The notes under the pieces are model-generated. The model did not search any database. It was given only the letters and a program-made list of their open reading frames with translations, and was not told the origin of the DNA. The position numbers and the translations under genes are program-made. Shown here piece by piece: positions 28,253 through 42,149 of a stretch of DNA of 64,000 nt; the stretch's first letter is position 1; each line of letters begins with the position of its first letter. Origin of the DNA: Kudoa neothunni (taxonomy: Eukaryota; Animalia; Cnidaria); assembly GCA_964304625.1 (NCBI GenBank), contig OZ199838.1:6373731-6437730 (forward strand). Reading direction: 5' to 3'.

Positions 28253-30842
28253 ATGTCTTTATCAGCGGAAAAGAAATTCCAGATTATAACCCGAAACCTC
28301 CAAGTTGAATAACTGCTTTCTGCGTATTTTTTTACCGACGTATCTACATAAAATAGGAGGTATTGGGAGCTGATTTATTGCAAAAAAAACTTGTAACCGA
28401 ACAACCACTTTCACTTTATTGGGGCACAGCGCCAACTGGAAAACCACATGTTGCATATTTTGTGCCTATAACGAAGATAGCTGACTTTTTGTATGCTGGT
28501 TGTGAGGTTGGTTAGTGATTTTTTTAGTTGGTTGGATTAAATTGCTGCGTTAAGGTCACTATTTTACTGGCTGATCTGCATGCATATCTTGATAATTTGA
28601 AAGCACCATGGGAACTTTTGGAATATCGTTCACAATACTATGAAAAACTATTAAAGGTAGATCAATTGAAGATGGAGCTTTTTATCGTCTTTATTGTTTT
28701 GTGATCTGTAGACAATGTTGGAACAAATCAACGTTCCAATTGATAATTTGAAATTTGTTCGTGGAACCTCTTACCAGCTAACGTATAACAAACCACACAT
28801 TTTTGATTTTTTCAGATTAAATCGGATGATAATCTACGATTTAATTTAGCCAAAAATACACATTAGACACTTACAGACTTTTTACATTGGCTACTGAAGT
28901 AGATTTTTGGAAATATTTATATTTTATAATTTATTTTGGTAGCATGACTGTAAAAAAGCTGGGGCGGAAGTTGTCAAGCAGGTTGAAAGTCCATTTCTAA
29001 GTGGACTCCTTTATCCGGGACTACAGGTAATAGCTGCAGAAATAAACAACACCAAATCTTTTTATTGGGAATTCTAGGCGTTAGATGAAGAATATCTTCA
29101 GGTTGAAGCTCAATTTGGAGGAGTTGATCAACGAAAAATTTTCACCTTTGCTGAAAAAGTTAACTTTCGCTTTTGTATTAAATATTGTATAATTTATTTT
29201 TATCTTAATAGTATCTTCCGAAAATGGGATACAAAAAAAGAATACATTTAATGAATCCAATGGGTGATTAGTTTGATTAGTTTTTATTTCTACGTCTAAA
29301 TTTAGTTCCTGGATTGACTGGAGATAAGATGAGTTCTTCCGATGAGGTTAACATTGCATAAATTACAAAAATATGATTACCACAACTTTAAATTGACAAA
29401 TTATTATGCACATAGGATTCTAAAATTGATTTGCTGGACGATGAAAATGCTCTTAAAGCTAAAATTAGAAAAGTTATTATCTTTAGATCACTCATTGGAA
29501 ATGATTATTTTCGTTGGAATTTAGTCATTTTGCGAGGAGGGCAACATTGAATCCAATGGGGTGCTAAGCTTTTGTAAATATGTGATCTTTCCCATTATGG
29601 AATATCATTCTACAATTAAAAGTACTCAGACTGTTTGCCTTCCGTTGTTCCATATTAAACTAAAAATAGTGTTTGAGATAAAACGCAGTGCCGAGAATGG
29701 TGGAGATATTCAAATTAAATCCTATCAAGAGTTAGAAGACATGTTTGCGAAAAAAGTTTTCGATATCAACGTTGAGTTTGTTAGTAATGAGATTTAGCGT
29801 TTGCATCCCTTGGACCTAAAAAATGCTACTTTTAATCACATTAATCAAGTAATTATTTAATCAAGAGTCTATTTTTATTTCGTATGTATATTAGATTCTC
29901 TTGCCTATTCGAGAGAAGTTTAACAATGACCCTAAACTGAGCCAACTTGTCAAACAAGCTTATCCTCCAAAATCTGCTCAATCCAAAAGTAATAGTTATT
30001 TTATTTGTTCTCCCTTATTTTATTTCAGAAAATGGCATTTCTCAAAACAATCCCTTCGTATTTGTAATGAAATGCGGAAAAATTACCTCCGTTGAGAAGG
30101 TCACAATTTTAATGGATGAATGAATTAAATAAATATTTTGTAGCATCCTTCACTTGATGATATTATTGTCGCCAAATTGGACGTTGGAGAGAGTATTGTT
30201 TATACCTCTATACAAAATGTATAATTTGGTTCAGCACAAAAAGTGTCCTGCATCAAAAATCATGGTTACGAATCATTACAGGTTGATCTCCTAAATAAAA
30301 TGGTTGCTGTGATTACAAATGTAAAAGAGTACAATTTTAAAGGTGATAAATTCAATCAAAAGAATAAAATGATTTTCAATTAATCCAGGTATAACTTAAT
30401 TTTAGGAATTACAATAGATGCACAAGTATTACTCAGCAGGAAAGACGATATTTCGTAATTGGCTCGACATCTATTTAACTAATTCCAATTTAGGACAAAT
30501 AACAACGGAATGGTTAGTAAAGTCTTACCTCTAAACATCCCAAATGATGCTTCTCTTGGTGAATCAATTTACTTTGAAGGTTTCGCTAATTGTCACACCG
30601 GTAACTCATACTCACTTCAATTATCATATTAAATTTGATTGCTCAGAACCAAAGATTTTAAATCTCAACAAAATTAAGCTGGATAAATTCTATGTAAAAT
30701 AACTGATTTCAATTCCACGTATAAAATCCCTTAGGACATGATCGAAGTGGACGATGATGGGCATGCATTTTTCGAAGGAGGCCAGCTGGTGACTCGGTCT
30801 GGAAGCATACTTTCTCTGCTGAAAAATGCAAAAATCGTTTAA
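28253..30842 (+). CDS. YARS1: Cytoplasmic tyrosyl-tRNA synthetase with C-terminal EMAP-II-like domain, 21 exons
   Basis: [56 protein letters not shown] and LHPLDLK. OB-fold tail [16 protein letters not shown]. Twenty GT-AG introns keep the frame open to TAA at 30840-30842. Confidence 0.96.
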
Positions 30843-31102
30843 TGATATAGTTTATTAGTTTCTGTAATAACTATACACAAACATTGGCGGCTACATGGAA
30901 TGTTTTAGGACCATACAACTAGTTTTAGTAAAAATGGAGTCTGTCTTACGCCAAATTATTGTTGACTTTTCAATATACTTATCTATAAATTTTACGTAAA
31001 GAAATAATATAAATAAAAAGGGGTTTTAATTATTGAGAAAAATTTGGGACGCTACAATTTTAGATGAGGCTGATTAGTCTTCTCCATGAAACCTTGTTAA
31101 CC

Positions 31103-31772
31103 TAGTGTTTCCCAACCTTTTTTCTATCGTGTCCACTTTTTCTTGAAAGTAAGTGCTGTGTCCCACCTATTTCAAAAATAGTGATTTTTTACTTGAACTG
31201 TTGATAATTTTGAATAAAGCTCCCTATCACATTCAATTTTGAAAGCAATTAATATACATTTCTCTTCACTTCACTTCTCATTAAAATTAAAATGTGTTCT
31301 ATCAGGTCTAACTTAATTTATCGATGGTCCTCATAAATTAACATTTTTAGTTCTTCATTCCCCCAAAACAGCATCAAGTGAAACTCGTGGTAATTCAACC
31401 TTCATTAGAAAAAACTCTCATGTATACGGGGCTAATGAAACGAAAATAAATAATATAAATGCAAAATTAATCAATGTTATATTAGGTTTAATCAAAAAAG
31501 AGGATATATGATTTTAAATGAGACAATATTGAAATTCAAGCCATTCTGATTCTATTCGGATGAAGGATACGTTAAGTATTATTATTAATTTTTATATAAT
31601 TAGGCATTATTTTCTATATTTTTGATGCTATTAATTGTTACCTATAAATAAACGATATCAAAAATCGCGATACTGATTTCAAAGTAAGTCATACTGCCAA
31701 GTTATCTCACCATTATTTATTCGTGCCACGCCAATATGCGGGATTTTCCGCGTCCCATGTTGTGAAACACTG
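31103..31772. mobile_element. hAT-type MITE (670 bp)
   Basis: TIRs TAGTGTTTCCCAAC / GTTGTGAAACACTG. 8-bp TSD TGTTAACC / TATTAACC. Confidence 0.8.
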
Positions 31773-32527
31773 TATTAACCTTATGGATATTTCATATTGC
31801 CCCGTTGATTCGTTTTTGTTTAAAGGTTAAACCAAACTTAATTTTTCGTGATGGGATGCTACCATCTTAAACCTTACGCTTATGACGATATTGGCTATTG
31901 AACCGCTAAATATTTTTAATGTTTAATTACATAGGTTAATTATAGTTTCTAAGGTTTAAGAATGAATCATATATTTTAGGCTAGATCTCTCCGTGGTTGC
32001 TGGCAACAATTCTAAGATCGTAGCTACAACGTTTGTTTTGTTGCAACAACCTTATCTTCAACTGTGCACTAAATTTAAGCCATCTAGCATGGTTTTCATC
32101 TAATTATATAGATTATTCTATTTTTTTTATTTATATCAAATAGTTTTAACTTTACTAAGCTAATTATTTCATCGGATGAAATTTTAACGAATTTTTAAAT
32201 TAATAATTTCTATGGATTAAAATATTATTTCATAAAAAAAATTTTCAAAACAAAGTATGTCTAATCCCAGAAAATGTTACAAAGTTCGCATTAGACTCTA
32301 ATATATTTGTCATACATAATTATCCAATTTAGGCTAAACTTTAAATTAAATTATTGAGTGCAGTTTTTTCACGAATCTATTTTCATAAAATCTGTTCATA
32401 TGAAATAATTAATAATATTGAACCTATTTAATATTACATTTTTAAGATTAAAAATAATAAATATTTTTAGTAATTTGGACAGATAATAATTGTTCACAAA
32501 CGCCTTAATTATAAATTGAGAAAATAA

Positions 32528-32531
<4 letters not shown>

Positions 32532-32562
<31 letters not shown>
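32532..32562. repeat. (TA)n microsatellite
   Basis: About 15 TA units. Confidence 0.9.
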
Positions 32563-32565
<3 letters not shown>

Positions 32566-32848
32566 TGCCTATAATCAATGTGGTTTCAAATTTTCATTCA
32601 TTGAAAAATTATTGTATGATGTGAACGAACTAGCTGCCATAGCTTTACTCACTCTGAACAATAAAGCCCCAATTTAGAGTGAAATAAAATCCAGCATAAC
32701 TAAACACCTGTCTACTCTGGATAAACTCAAATGTTAAAATAACTTTGTTTAGAAAATATTTACTCTTAATTATGCAGATTTTGAAAGACATGGAAGGAGT
32801 AGATAATGCAATGTAGATTCAAATAATTCAAATAGGTTATAAGAGTGG

Positions 32849-35800
32849 TTATGCTTGTTGGTTCAAAATCTTTCCCATATAATTGAGAGCACTTCCAGCC
32901 TTAAACCATTCGATTTGCTCTTCGTTGAGAGAATGATTGAGACTGATTTCAAATAGCACAGAGCCATTGTTACCAGAGAGAATTTGAGCCGTTACTGGTT
33001 TGTTTGGAGCAAGTTGATTAAGGTTGATGAGGTTTATAAAGTGACACGGAAGAATACGGTCATAATCTGAGGGATTTGCAAATGTTAGCGGTAAGATTCC
33101 TTGTTTTTTCAAGTTGGTCTCGTGTATACGAGCAAAACTTTTGACAATAATGGCAACTCCACCAAGATGACGTGGTTCCAATGCCGCATGTTCTCGACTG
33201 CTTCCTTCACCGTAGTTTTCTTCACCAACAACTACCCATTTGTGATTGTGAGACTTGTAATAACGCGCCACATCGGGAACCGCACCATAAGAACCATTAA
33301 GCTGATTCTTTACCTCATTCAAATTCCCATTCTCTTCGTTAGTTGCAGCAATCAATAGATTGTTAGATATATTATCTAAATGACCACGATATTTGAGCCA
33401 TTTTCCTGCGGCGCTTATGTGATCGGTTGTGCACTTCCCTTTGACCTATATATTTCTTCATTAGAACAAAAATACATTAAATGAGACAATACTTTTATTA
33501 GTATAGGACAATTAATGTAATCTTTGCCACTCCATGCATCGAAAGGTTTCAAAATTTGTAAACGATCACTAGATGGACTGATTGAAACGTTCACTTGTGA
33601 GGCATCTTCACTTGGAGGCTAATTTTAAGTGGAAAAATATGCAAATTTTTAAAATAATTACTTGATATGTATCCTCGCCTTTAGCAAAACCCTAGAGATT
33701 GAAGTGGTAAGTGTTATCAATTAAATACTTATTTAAGTTTGATAGATAATGAAATTACTTGTGTTGGAATTATTTTTCCCACCGGAGCGTCCAATTTGAA
33801 TTTATTGCCTAATCATTCATTTTAAATAAACAAAAATATCCAATATCGTCATAGAATACCCTTGCAATCAACAAGATAATCGTTCAAGGGATCAAAGTTA
33901 AGTGTTCCAGCCAACGCGTAAGCCGTGACCAACTAAACAAGAGTACTTTTGAATAAACTATTGATTATGGTACATCTGGTGAAGTAACAAAACAATGGGT
34001 TTTGGGGTTGCCATCGTTTCTCCCGGTAAAGTTACGATTATATGAAGTGACAATGGTATTGGGTTCGAGATCTGGCATATTCACGCGTTTCCACTGCCCA
34101 ATGCAAGGACCACACGCGTTGGCCATCACTACACCGCCAATACTTTCGAAAATTGCAATAAGACCATCGCGTTCCATAGTTGCTCTAATTTGTTCAGATC
34201 CCGGGGTGATAATAAATTCACATCTAATCAATCGTCAAATAGCGTTAAACAATAACAACAATACATACTTTGCTTTGATTCCTTTATCAGCAGCCAGTTT
34301 AGCTATACTAGCAGCTCTAGTCATATCCTCATAGCTACTGTTGGTGCAACTTCCAATCAATGCTAAAATAATAGAAATAAATAAATGAGTACTAACTTTG
34401 GTGGAGGTAGTCGCCTCAAACCAACCAATGAATACCAGCACTGATAGTTGTAGGCCAATTATTTTCGACGGCATTTTTATAGATATTGGCAGTGGAATTT
34501 GGACGATCGGGAGTAAAGGGTCCATTTAACTGAGGTGCCAACTACATTAAGATACAAACGCCTTCTAAAGTTCTTGCTCGATTATCTACCTACCTCGTTC
34601 AGGTTGATATCAATAAGTTCGTCATAGATACAACCTTGGTCAGCTCTTAGGAAACTTTTAAAAGCACTTGCACTATTTACCACCACTACACACATCAAAG
34701 TTTGTTACTAAAGTCAGTTGAAGCAAAAAGTTATATATACAATCACGATCTGTGGCTCGTAGATAATCACCCATAGCTGAAGTGTATGGGAATATTGAGG
34801 TGGTGGCTCCGATTTCGGCGCCCATATTACAAATGGTAGCCATTCCTAGTTGGAGACTTAGCATTGCGTTTGCGACTATAGGCGGCACTAAGCAAACCTG
34901 TGCATGATAAAGTTTCCACACCAGGTCCAAAATATTCGATAACTGCACCGGTTCCACCTTTGACCGTAAGTTTTTCGGCCACCTTCAAGATTATGTCTAA
35001 TTGGAATAGAACTTAAGAACAAACAAAGCTTTTGTTTGACTAACCTTTGGGAGCAGTCCATCCGCTAAGCTTTCCAGTAAGACGAACTCCAATAATCTAA
35101 AGCATCAACTTGAACAATGATTCATTGAAAAGAGTGCTACTTTGGGGCATTTCAGTTCCCACGGAAGGCCAGCCATAACATCCACAGCGTCAGCGCCACC
35201 AACGCCTATCGACAAGCTGCATAGTCCTCCTAATATACGAAATAATTTGAGTACCAATAAATTTGTAAGCATAATAATAACCTCCATTTGGTGTGTGACT
35301 GTCGGTGCCAATCATCAAGATACCAGGTATAACGTAATTTTCAAGCATTATTTGATGAATTATTCCGCTCCCTGGCTTCCAAAATCCAACTCCATATTTG
35401 GAAGCAGCATTTGCTAAAAAATCGTACACTTCTTTGTTGTCATGTACGGCTCGATTAAGATCTTCCTTTGCAGATATCTGTGCTTGAATAAGGTGATCGC
35501 AGTGAATTGTAGAGGGGACTTTAACCTAAATTAAATACGTTAACTAGGAAATTTTACAACAATAAAAACAAAAAACTTCACATAAAAAGCATATAATTAG
35601 TAATATTATTTTATTGAATATATTAGATTTAATCACAGAAAAATATTCCAAAACATTAAAACGAATTTTTATTGAAAACTCGTATAAATGTGGCGTTTAT
35701 TATACAATAAGCCCTAATATTATTTACAACGCAAAACTAATGCAAGACTTGTTTTTTTCGAAGATACAACATTATAATTGTTCTTTACATTTAAAAGGAT

Positions 35801-38800
35801 TACTACAGAAATCATAATTAGGAACATTAATTTAAGAGTTTTTCTACTTTTAGGAGTGATATAAGGTTGGTGCGCCAACAAATAGAGAACTAATTATTTA
35901 AAACAGGGGTCGGAAACCTACGACCCGTCAATTACCTCTAACCGGCCGCCGTGCATTGACTGACGTGAAATTTTTCTTAAGATCTAAAATACCTAAATTA
36001 TTTTTAAGTTTTTATTAGATCGATTTTCTAAATGTTTATATTTTGTCGATATAAACACTTCAGCCGACTAAAAGTTATTTTCATTGAGTCAGAAAACCGG
36101 AATAAATATGACTATTAGAATAGCGTTAAAATTAGTTCTTTAGAAATATAAATGATTTTCTAAAAAGCATATAGGAACATTTAATGTTGTTTGGCATCAC
36201 CCAGTAAATCTTTCCCACACAAGTTAAGCTCGAGCTGATTACATCGCACTTGCAAATTATTGAAATATAATATTTTTGATTTGACGTATTTTTATGGTTT
36301 AAATGACTTTTATAAATTCATTTGTATATATTTAAATTAAGACTAATTTAACATACTAGTAGATTAATATAAATACGACCGCCTAGAGTTAGAGTACGTC
36401 TGTTCAGCCCCATAACTCAGAAAGGTTGGCTGACTCCTGATTTTAAAGATGCTAAATAATTACAATCGTGCAGCGTTACATAAAAATATGAAATAAAATT
36501 GATTTAAACCGAAAATAATGTTTTTATAACATTCAAAAAAGATTACAAACAAATATTAATTACGCATTGTAATGGAATGAATGAAACTATTGTGAATAGC
36601 ATAATTATATCCTCACGCTCGTAATTATGACAGAAAAATAAATTTCTTTCTAAAATTACAATCAGAACAACAAAAGTAGACTAAAATATTGATTAAGAAT
36701 CGTCGATAGATAACTGAAAATTAAAATCCTTAAACAAAAAAATAGATTCAAAAGAAATAACAAATATTTAAGAAATTTATGGATGTAACAAATTCTTTAG
36801 AGTAAAATAAAATAAGACAATATTTTGACTTTGGATAAAACAATACACGAAGCGAATACGAATCGAATAAGATTACATTGAATATCAATTATCAAATTTC
36901 ATTATAAATAACTAAAGAATGTTTTAAATTAAAAAGGTATGAATGCACCGATTATGTTAATTTTAGAGTAAATACAGTTGGTGACGTGTAGTTCGTAATT
37001 TGCGTAATATTACAAAATTAATATACATATAAAATTATAAGAGGTTATTTATTTCTCAACTGTTTAATAACATTTATTCGACCATTAAGAATATGAATAA
37101 AATATTTTTAAATTAATTAATTAATTATGCTTTTATGGATTATTTTTAATGAAGTATAGTTCTTAACTTTTCAAACGCGTCGAGACTTTCGTTTTGACTG
37201 GTGGCGAAATGGGGGACGGAAATAAAAATTAAGTTAGGACTTAAAAGAGAGATAAGAAATAACCAGGTTCGTCCAAAACCAGCGAAAGCATGGATCAGAC
37301 ACAATATTGAAAATGACGCCAATATTAGTGATTTTTTGAGTGATGATAACTGCCACAGAGATGACAAGTTTCATTAATTTGACGATAGAGAACGAAAAAT
37401 TATTCCATTAAAAATTGTCTCTCTCATTTGTCTGATTTAGGACTTTACTTGAAATATCGTGGTTTGAATAGTTATAAACATCAAATGGATATTGAATGAG
37501 AAGTACACAATATAATTGCCAGAAAACTTAAAAATATTAATTTAATTGGGTAATTTCCTTCAGAATAATTTATCATTATAGTTGATTTATAACATTTTTT
37601 CCTCAATAATGACGTGCGCGCAATCTTAGAAATTGCGAACCACCCGTCACTCACCACACTACTATATTTACACACGCGTTACTTTAAATATTTGTAGTAG
37701 TTATTGTATCTTCCTCTTAAATTTATCAGTGTCCATATTTAATTTGATATCAACCAAAACACTTTGTTTGATATAAACATAGGACAAATTTTAAAGGAAA
37801 CGGTTATTTTTTAGTTGTCTGCATTTTATTTCACTCAGTTAAATATTTTTTATTAAAATATCAGAAATGTTAATTTTATAAGAAATCTTTAAATTTGGAG
37901 AAATTTTCAACGAGTACTAAAAATGGACCCAATTTAGGGAATTTAATCACGACGCACGCGCACATAAGGTTTTCATCAACTTAACCCTTTCAGGCCTGAA
38001 AATCACGCAATAGGGATATATTTTCTTAAGCAACGAGAAATATTTAGTTTTAGAAAAACAAAAAGTTTGTCGGAAATATTGGCAATACTCAATGTGGAAC
38101 CCCATCAAATTAAATGTTGCCATATGGCAACATTCGGAGACACCTCCTGAATCCAAATGACACATATCTGATAAACTTAATAATAGAATAAACAATTTTA
38201 AATTTGTATGTGATAGTTTAGGTAAAAATTTCTATTGACATCTTAACACTGAATAACAACATTTCATGCATGGAATTCTGAAGTGTGTTCCACACAATTT
38301 TTATCGAACTCTAGTTCCTGCTTTTAAGCGAAATTAAATATTTCATCTAATCATACATAATGACCTACTTTCGGCTCTGCCAGATTATAAATTTATTTGT
38401 AAAAGGGAACGGAAAAGGAACAGTATCTAACGTTGATGGCCTCCCATTTTCTTCGATTAATAAAATAAAGAAAGTAATCTAAGGAAATTTATTTCAACGT
38501 ATTGTCTTGCGTCACGGTCGCTACTTGAAGGAAAATATTTAGTTGAAAAGCATCTTCTCAGGATATATAAGGAAGCCGTGTCCACTATTAAACATATGTC
38601 ATCTGATTTACGTTTTAGTTTAATAATTGACAAGTTCCCGGATGCTAAAAACAGACAAATTTTTAACACTTCGGCCTGTTTCCGTGAAAGTTCCTCAGAT
38701 AGACGCAAGACTATTATGTTAGGTTCTTCGAGACTTAAACCATGTAATTCTGTTATTGTCGCTAGCCATTTGTTTGAAATTCTAAAACGATTTTTTTTGG

Positions 38801-41800
38801 ATTGGAAAAATTGTATCGTTATTATTTCTGACTCGGCATCTTACATGACAAAATATTATATCGAATTGAAAGTTATGTATCCTCATATCGCCAGAATTTC
38901 TTGTTTTTCACATATTATTCATGGAGGTGTTCAAAAAGCTGTCGATTTTTTACTTTAAGCATGTTAGAAATTTTTGTGTAAAATTCTCATCCCTATTGTC
39001 AAAAAATTGGAAAGCGAAACAGTCTTTTTTGTTTCACATTGAAAATAATAATTTTGATAGTTTAAAGAAATTCCGAGAGTCCTAGATGTACGGTGATATA
39101 GTTTCCTTAATTGTATAAAGCAATTAAAGGAGTATTACCCAGCAGTTGTCGACTTTCTAAAAGATATAAAAAGAGACATATTTGGAGCAAAACTTAATGA
39201 ATTTCTAAAAATAGAAGTAGTTAATCTTAATACTTTTTACTTTTTTTTAAATATTTTAATCGATGGACTTACTCCATTATTTGATTTTTCAAAAATAATT
39301 GTATCTCTCAAATTTGTGGCTGGATAGAGAATGACTTTGGAATCAACAAGAACTATTCGCTAAAAAATCACAAGGACATTATTGGTCCCGTTCCATTTCA
39401 ATGTAGAAGTAATCTTCTACTTAAATGTGAACATTTATGCGACAAAATTATTAATGAACTAAAATGTTCAATATATAAAAATCTAAATGAGTGTTTACCC
39501 TCAAATACATTTTTTGAAATTATGAAAAATCTCGATCCAAATGTTCCAATTTCAATAGAACAATTGAATGTTGATGATCTTTGTTACCTTTTACAGATTG
39601 AAGACAGGTAACAACGTAAGAATAAATTCGACTTGTTATGTAAAGAAGCGAAAAATATAACAAAGTCAATCGATCCTAACTTTTGGGAAACGCGATCAAA
39701 CGTTTTACCCAAACTTTCAATGCTTTGTTAAGATATATTGACCTCGCCAATGCCATCCATCGGTGTTGAAAGGAGTTTCTCAAAATTCCGATACGTTTTC
39801 GGAAAAGCAAGAATAAATTTAGGAGATAATCGCCTTACAATGTTGGCAATGCTAAATTTCAAAGGTCCATTATGATTATTTTAATTCACGATTATAGAAT
39901 CTATTTTGTTTATTTTTAATTCAGCGTTTTTTGTTTCTTTAAATAAAAGTCGATAAAACACCGTCGATTTACAAAAAAGTAAACGTCGAAAATTTTCAAC
40001 CCTACTTATAAATGGAATTATTCACTCATCCGCACATTCATCGTATCCTGGTTCAGCTTCTAGGTATTCCTCCTTGATCATATTTTGTAAAGACTTCATT
40101 TTAAATAAAACAATCAAAACGTTTTCCGTCACGAAACGCCACTAATATATTTTTATCATAATGAAAAACAATTGATTTGATTAGAGTGATGTTAACTTTA
40201 ACGTGGTAATTGGGTTATAGACATTTGTATATGCATTTCAATCTAGATTTTAACCTCTCTTTTTCTATTCCTTAATTTTTAATTGTTTTCTATAGTATAA
40301 TTATTATTTTCTCGGTAAACAAATTGGCATTATTCATTTGAAAACAATTGATTAAAATATAAATAAGGATCCAAAATCTCCGTGTTTAAAATTTTTTAGA
40401 AAATGTAAAACATTATTCAATATTTGATGTAATTTTTACATTATTAGGCTGATCGCTTTTGTACTATTTTTTATAGGAGCTGGCATCCAATAGCTTATCA
40501 TAATGTAAATTATTTCGTTTACCATCCGAAATATTTTTGGCGTATTTTATATCGTAATCATGGATTAACGTAAAATATTAAATAAGTTTATCATCAATAT
40601 TGATACAAAATATTAGATCTGGCATTAATCGTAAAAATGATCCTAAAACTTCGTGAGCGCCGAATGTTGCCATATGACACCAAACATTACTTAATTCCTA
40701 AACTCTCCCTATAATAAATATCTATATTTATACGCTTTTATTATAGATAGAATATATTAATTTACAACATATATTTTGTTAAAGAAAATCCATTCAAAAT
40801 AGGGGTTTGTATTGATCGATGAAACATAACCTGTGAATTATCCCTAAAATACTACATTATTTCGCATTTTATTATTATTATTATTATGAAATAAGGTAGT
40901 AATTATTAAAAAAACTTGTTGAACAACAGGATTCTGAGTATTCTATATTCTTTGAGTAATCCATAAAACAATCTGATGTTGCCATACGGCAACATTAGGC
41001 CTTAAAGGGTTAATTTATTTTTTGAGCTAACATAATTAATTTTCATATCTTAATGAAAACAGTCGCCAGTAACAAAAGCAAAAAACTAAGAAGGATTAAA
41101 ATAAACACCTTAGAAAAATAAAAACGAATAATGGAATTTATAGGAATCCTGGAGATAACTTATTCTCGAAAAATTCAAATACTTTTTATGATTTCTAGTT
41201 TTATTTTATTTCACAATATTGAGTGGCATTATAATCTCAAGAATTACCAAGTTTATAAAAATATTAACAAACTTAAATTTTTAAAAGCTTGAGATATTTA
41301 AAATAACATTCGACGCATGTGCCTTGTTAATATTTATATGATTACGTTCGTACGTAAAAAATTTACTTTGTTAATTCTTCATTAATTCCCACTCAAAATA
41401 TAAAAAATATTTTATTTTACATATTAAACAAAAATATTAAAATTTAATGACATTACATTTAGAGTAACGTAAAAGAAAATAATTTAACTAAAATTTTTAA
41501 TGCACCAACGCAAAAACAAACAATTATCATAGTCGAATCAATTACTTTTGGAATTTTACTGGTCATAAATTGCAGGACCGCCATCTACAAACCATCATAA
41601 AAGAAACAAATAAAAGAAACAAAATACCTGAGCAGTAGCATCTTGCATAGTTACTCGGTCAGGCAACAATTTCAAATAGCTTTCACCTCGAGTTAACGTC
41701 TAAAACCAAACTTAAAAATATTGGGCGCCATTGAAAGATCTACTTGATTGAATGGATCCTTCAGATGGGAATATAAAATTTTTTCGGTTAATGTGAGCGG

Positions 41801-42149
41801 CTGATTCAGTCTATATATTTACAGTGGTCAATTTTTATCTGTAGGTGGAGAAAACAATCTCATAAACTCAAGCAAACCTACCTAAACTTAACAATCTGAG
41901 ATTTAACGGATAAAAGATCATAATTGAGATAATTATTATCATATCTACTCATTAGAACCTAAACAAATTTTTCAAATTTAGTATAACGAGAAATATTAGC
42001 TAGCAATCCGGCATACACGCGAGAATGCATCTTTTCTACGTCTACCAACGTCATTATAGCCAAACTATAACTTATTACGTACATAGGTCCAACCAAGGTA
42101 ATACTTTGTTTGAATAATGGCCTCCGCTGAGAGAACGAACGCACTTCAT
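32849..42149 (-). CDS. ACO2: Mitochondrial aconitate hydratase, multi-exon with one 6020-nt intron
   Basis: [31 protein letters not shown]|[86 protein letters not shown] and WFKAGSALN. The first two exons are tentative. Confidence 0.96.
35904..36439. mobile_element. hAT-type MITE in the ACO2 long intron
   Basis: TIRs CAGGGGTCGGAAACC / GGTTGGCTGACTCCTG. 8-bp TSD ATTTAAAA / ATTTTAAA. Confidence 0.75.
37985..41009. mobile_element. Non-autonomous piggyBac in the ACO2 long intron
   Basis: TTAA at 37981-37984 and 41010-41013. TIR CCCTTT(C/A)AGGCCT. Palindrome AATGTTGCCATATGGCAACATT at 38113-38134, with variants near 40663 and 40976. Confidence 0.8.
38340..40004 (+). pseudogene. Decayed hAT (CGGBP1-like/DUF659-type) transposase nested in the piggyBac
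   Basis: [31 protein letters not shown] and the dimerisation motif [10 protein letters not shown]. Candidate terminus TTTTCAACCCTA ending at 40004. Confidence 0.7.

Noticed and set aside
33101-35417. Plus-strand ORFs over ACO2, and similar short ORFs opposite METAP2, UVSSA, PWP2 and DGAT1
   Set aside because: Antisense shadows or alternative frames of real exons.
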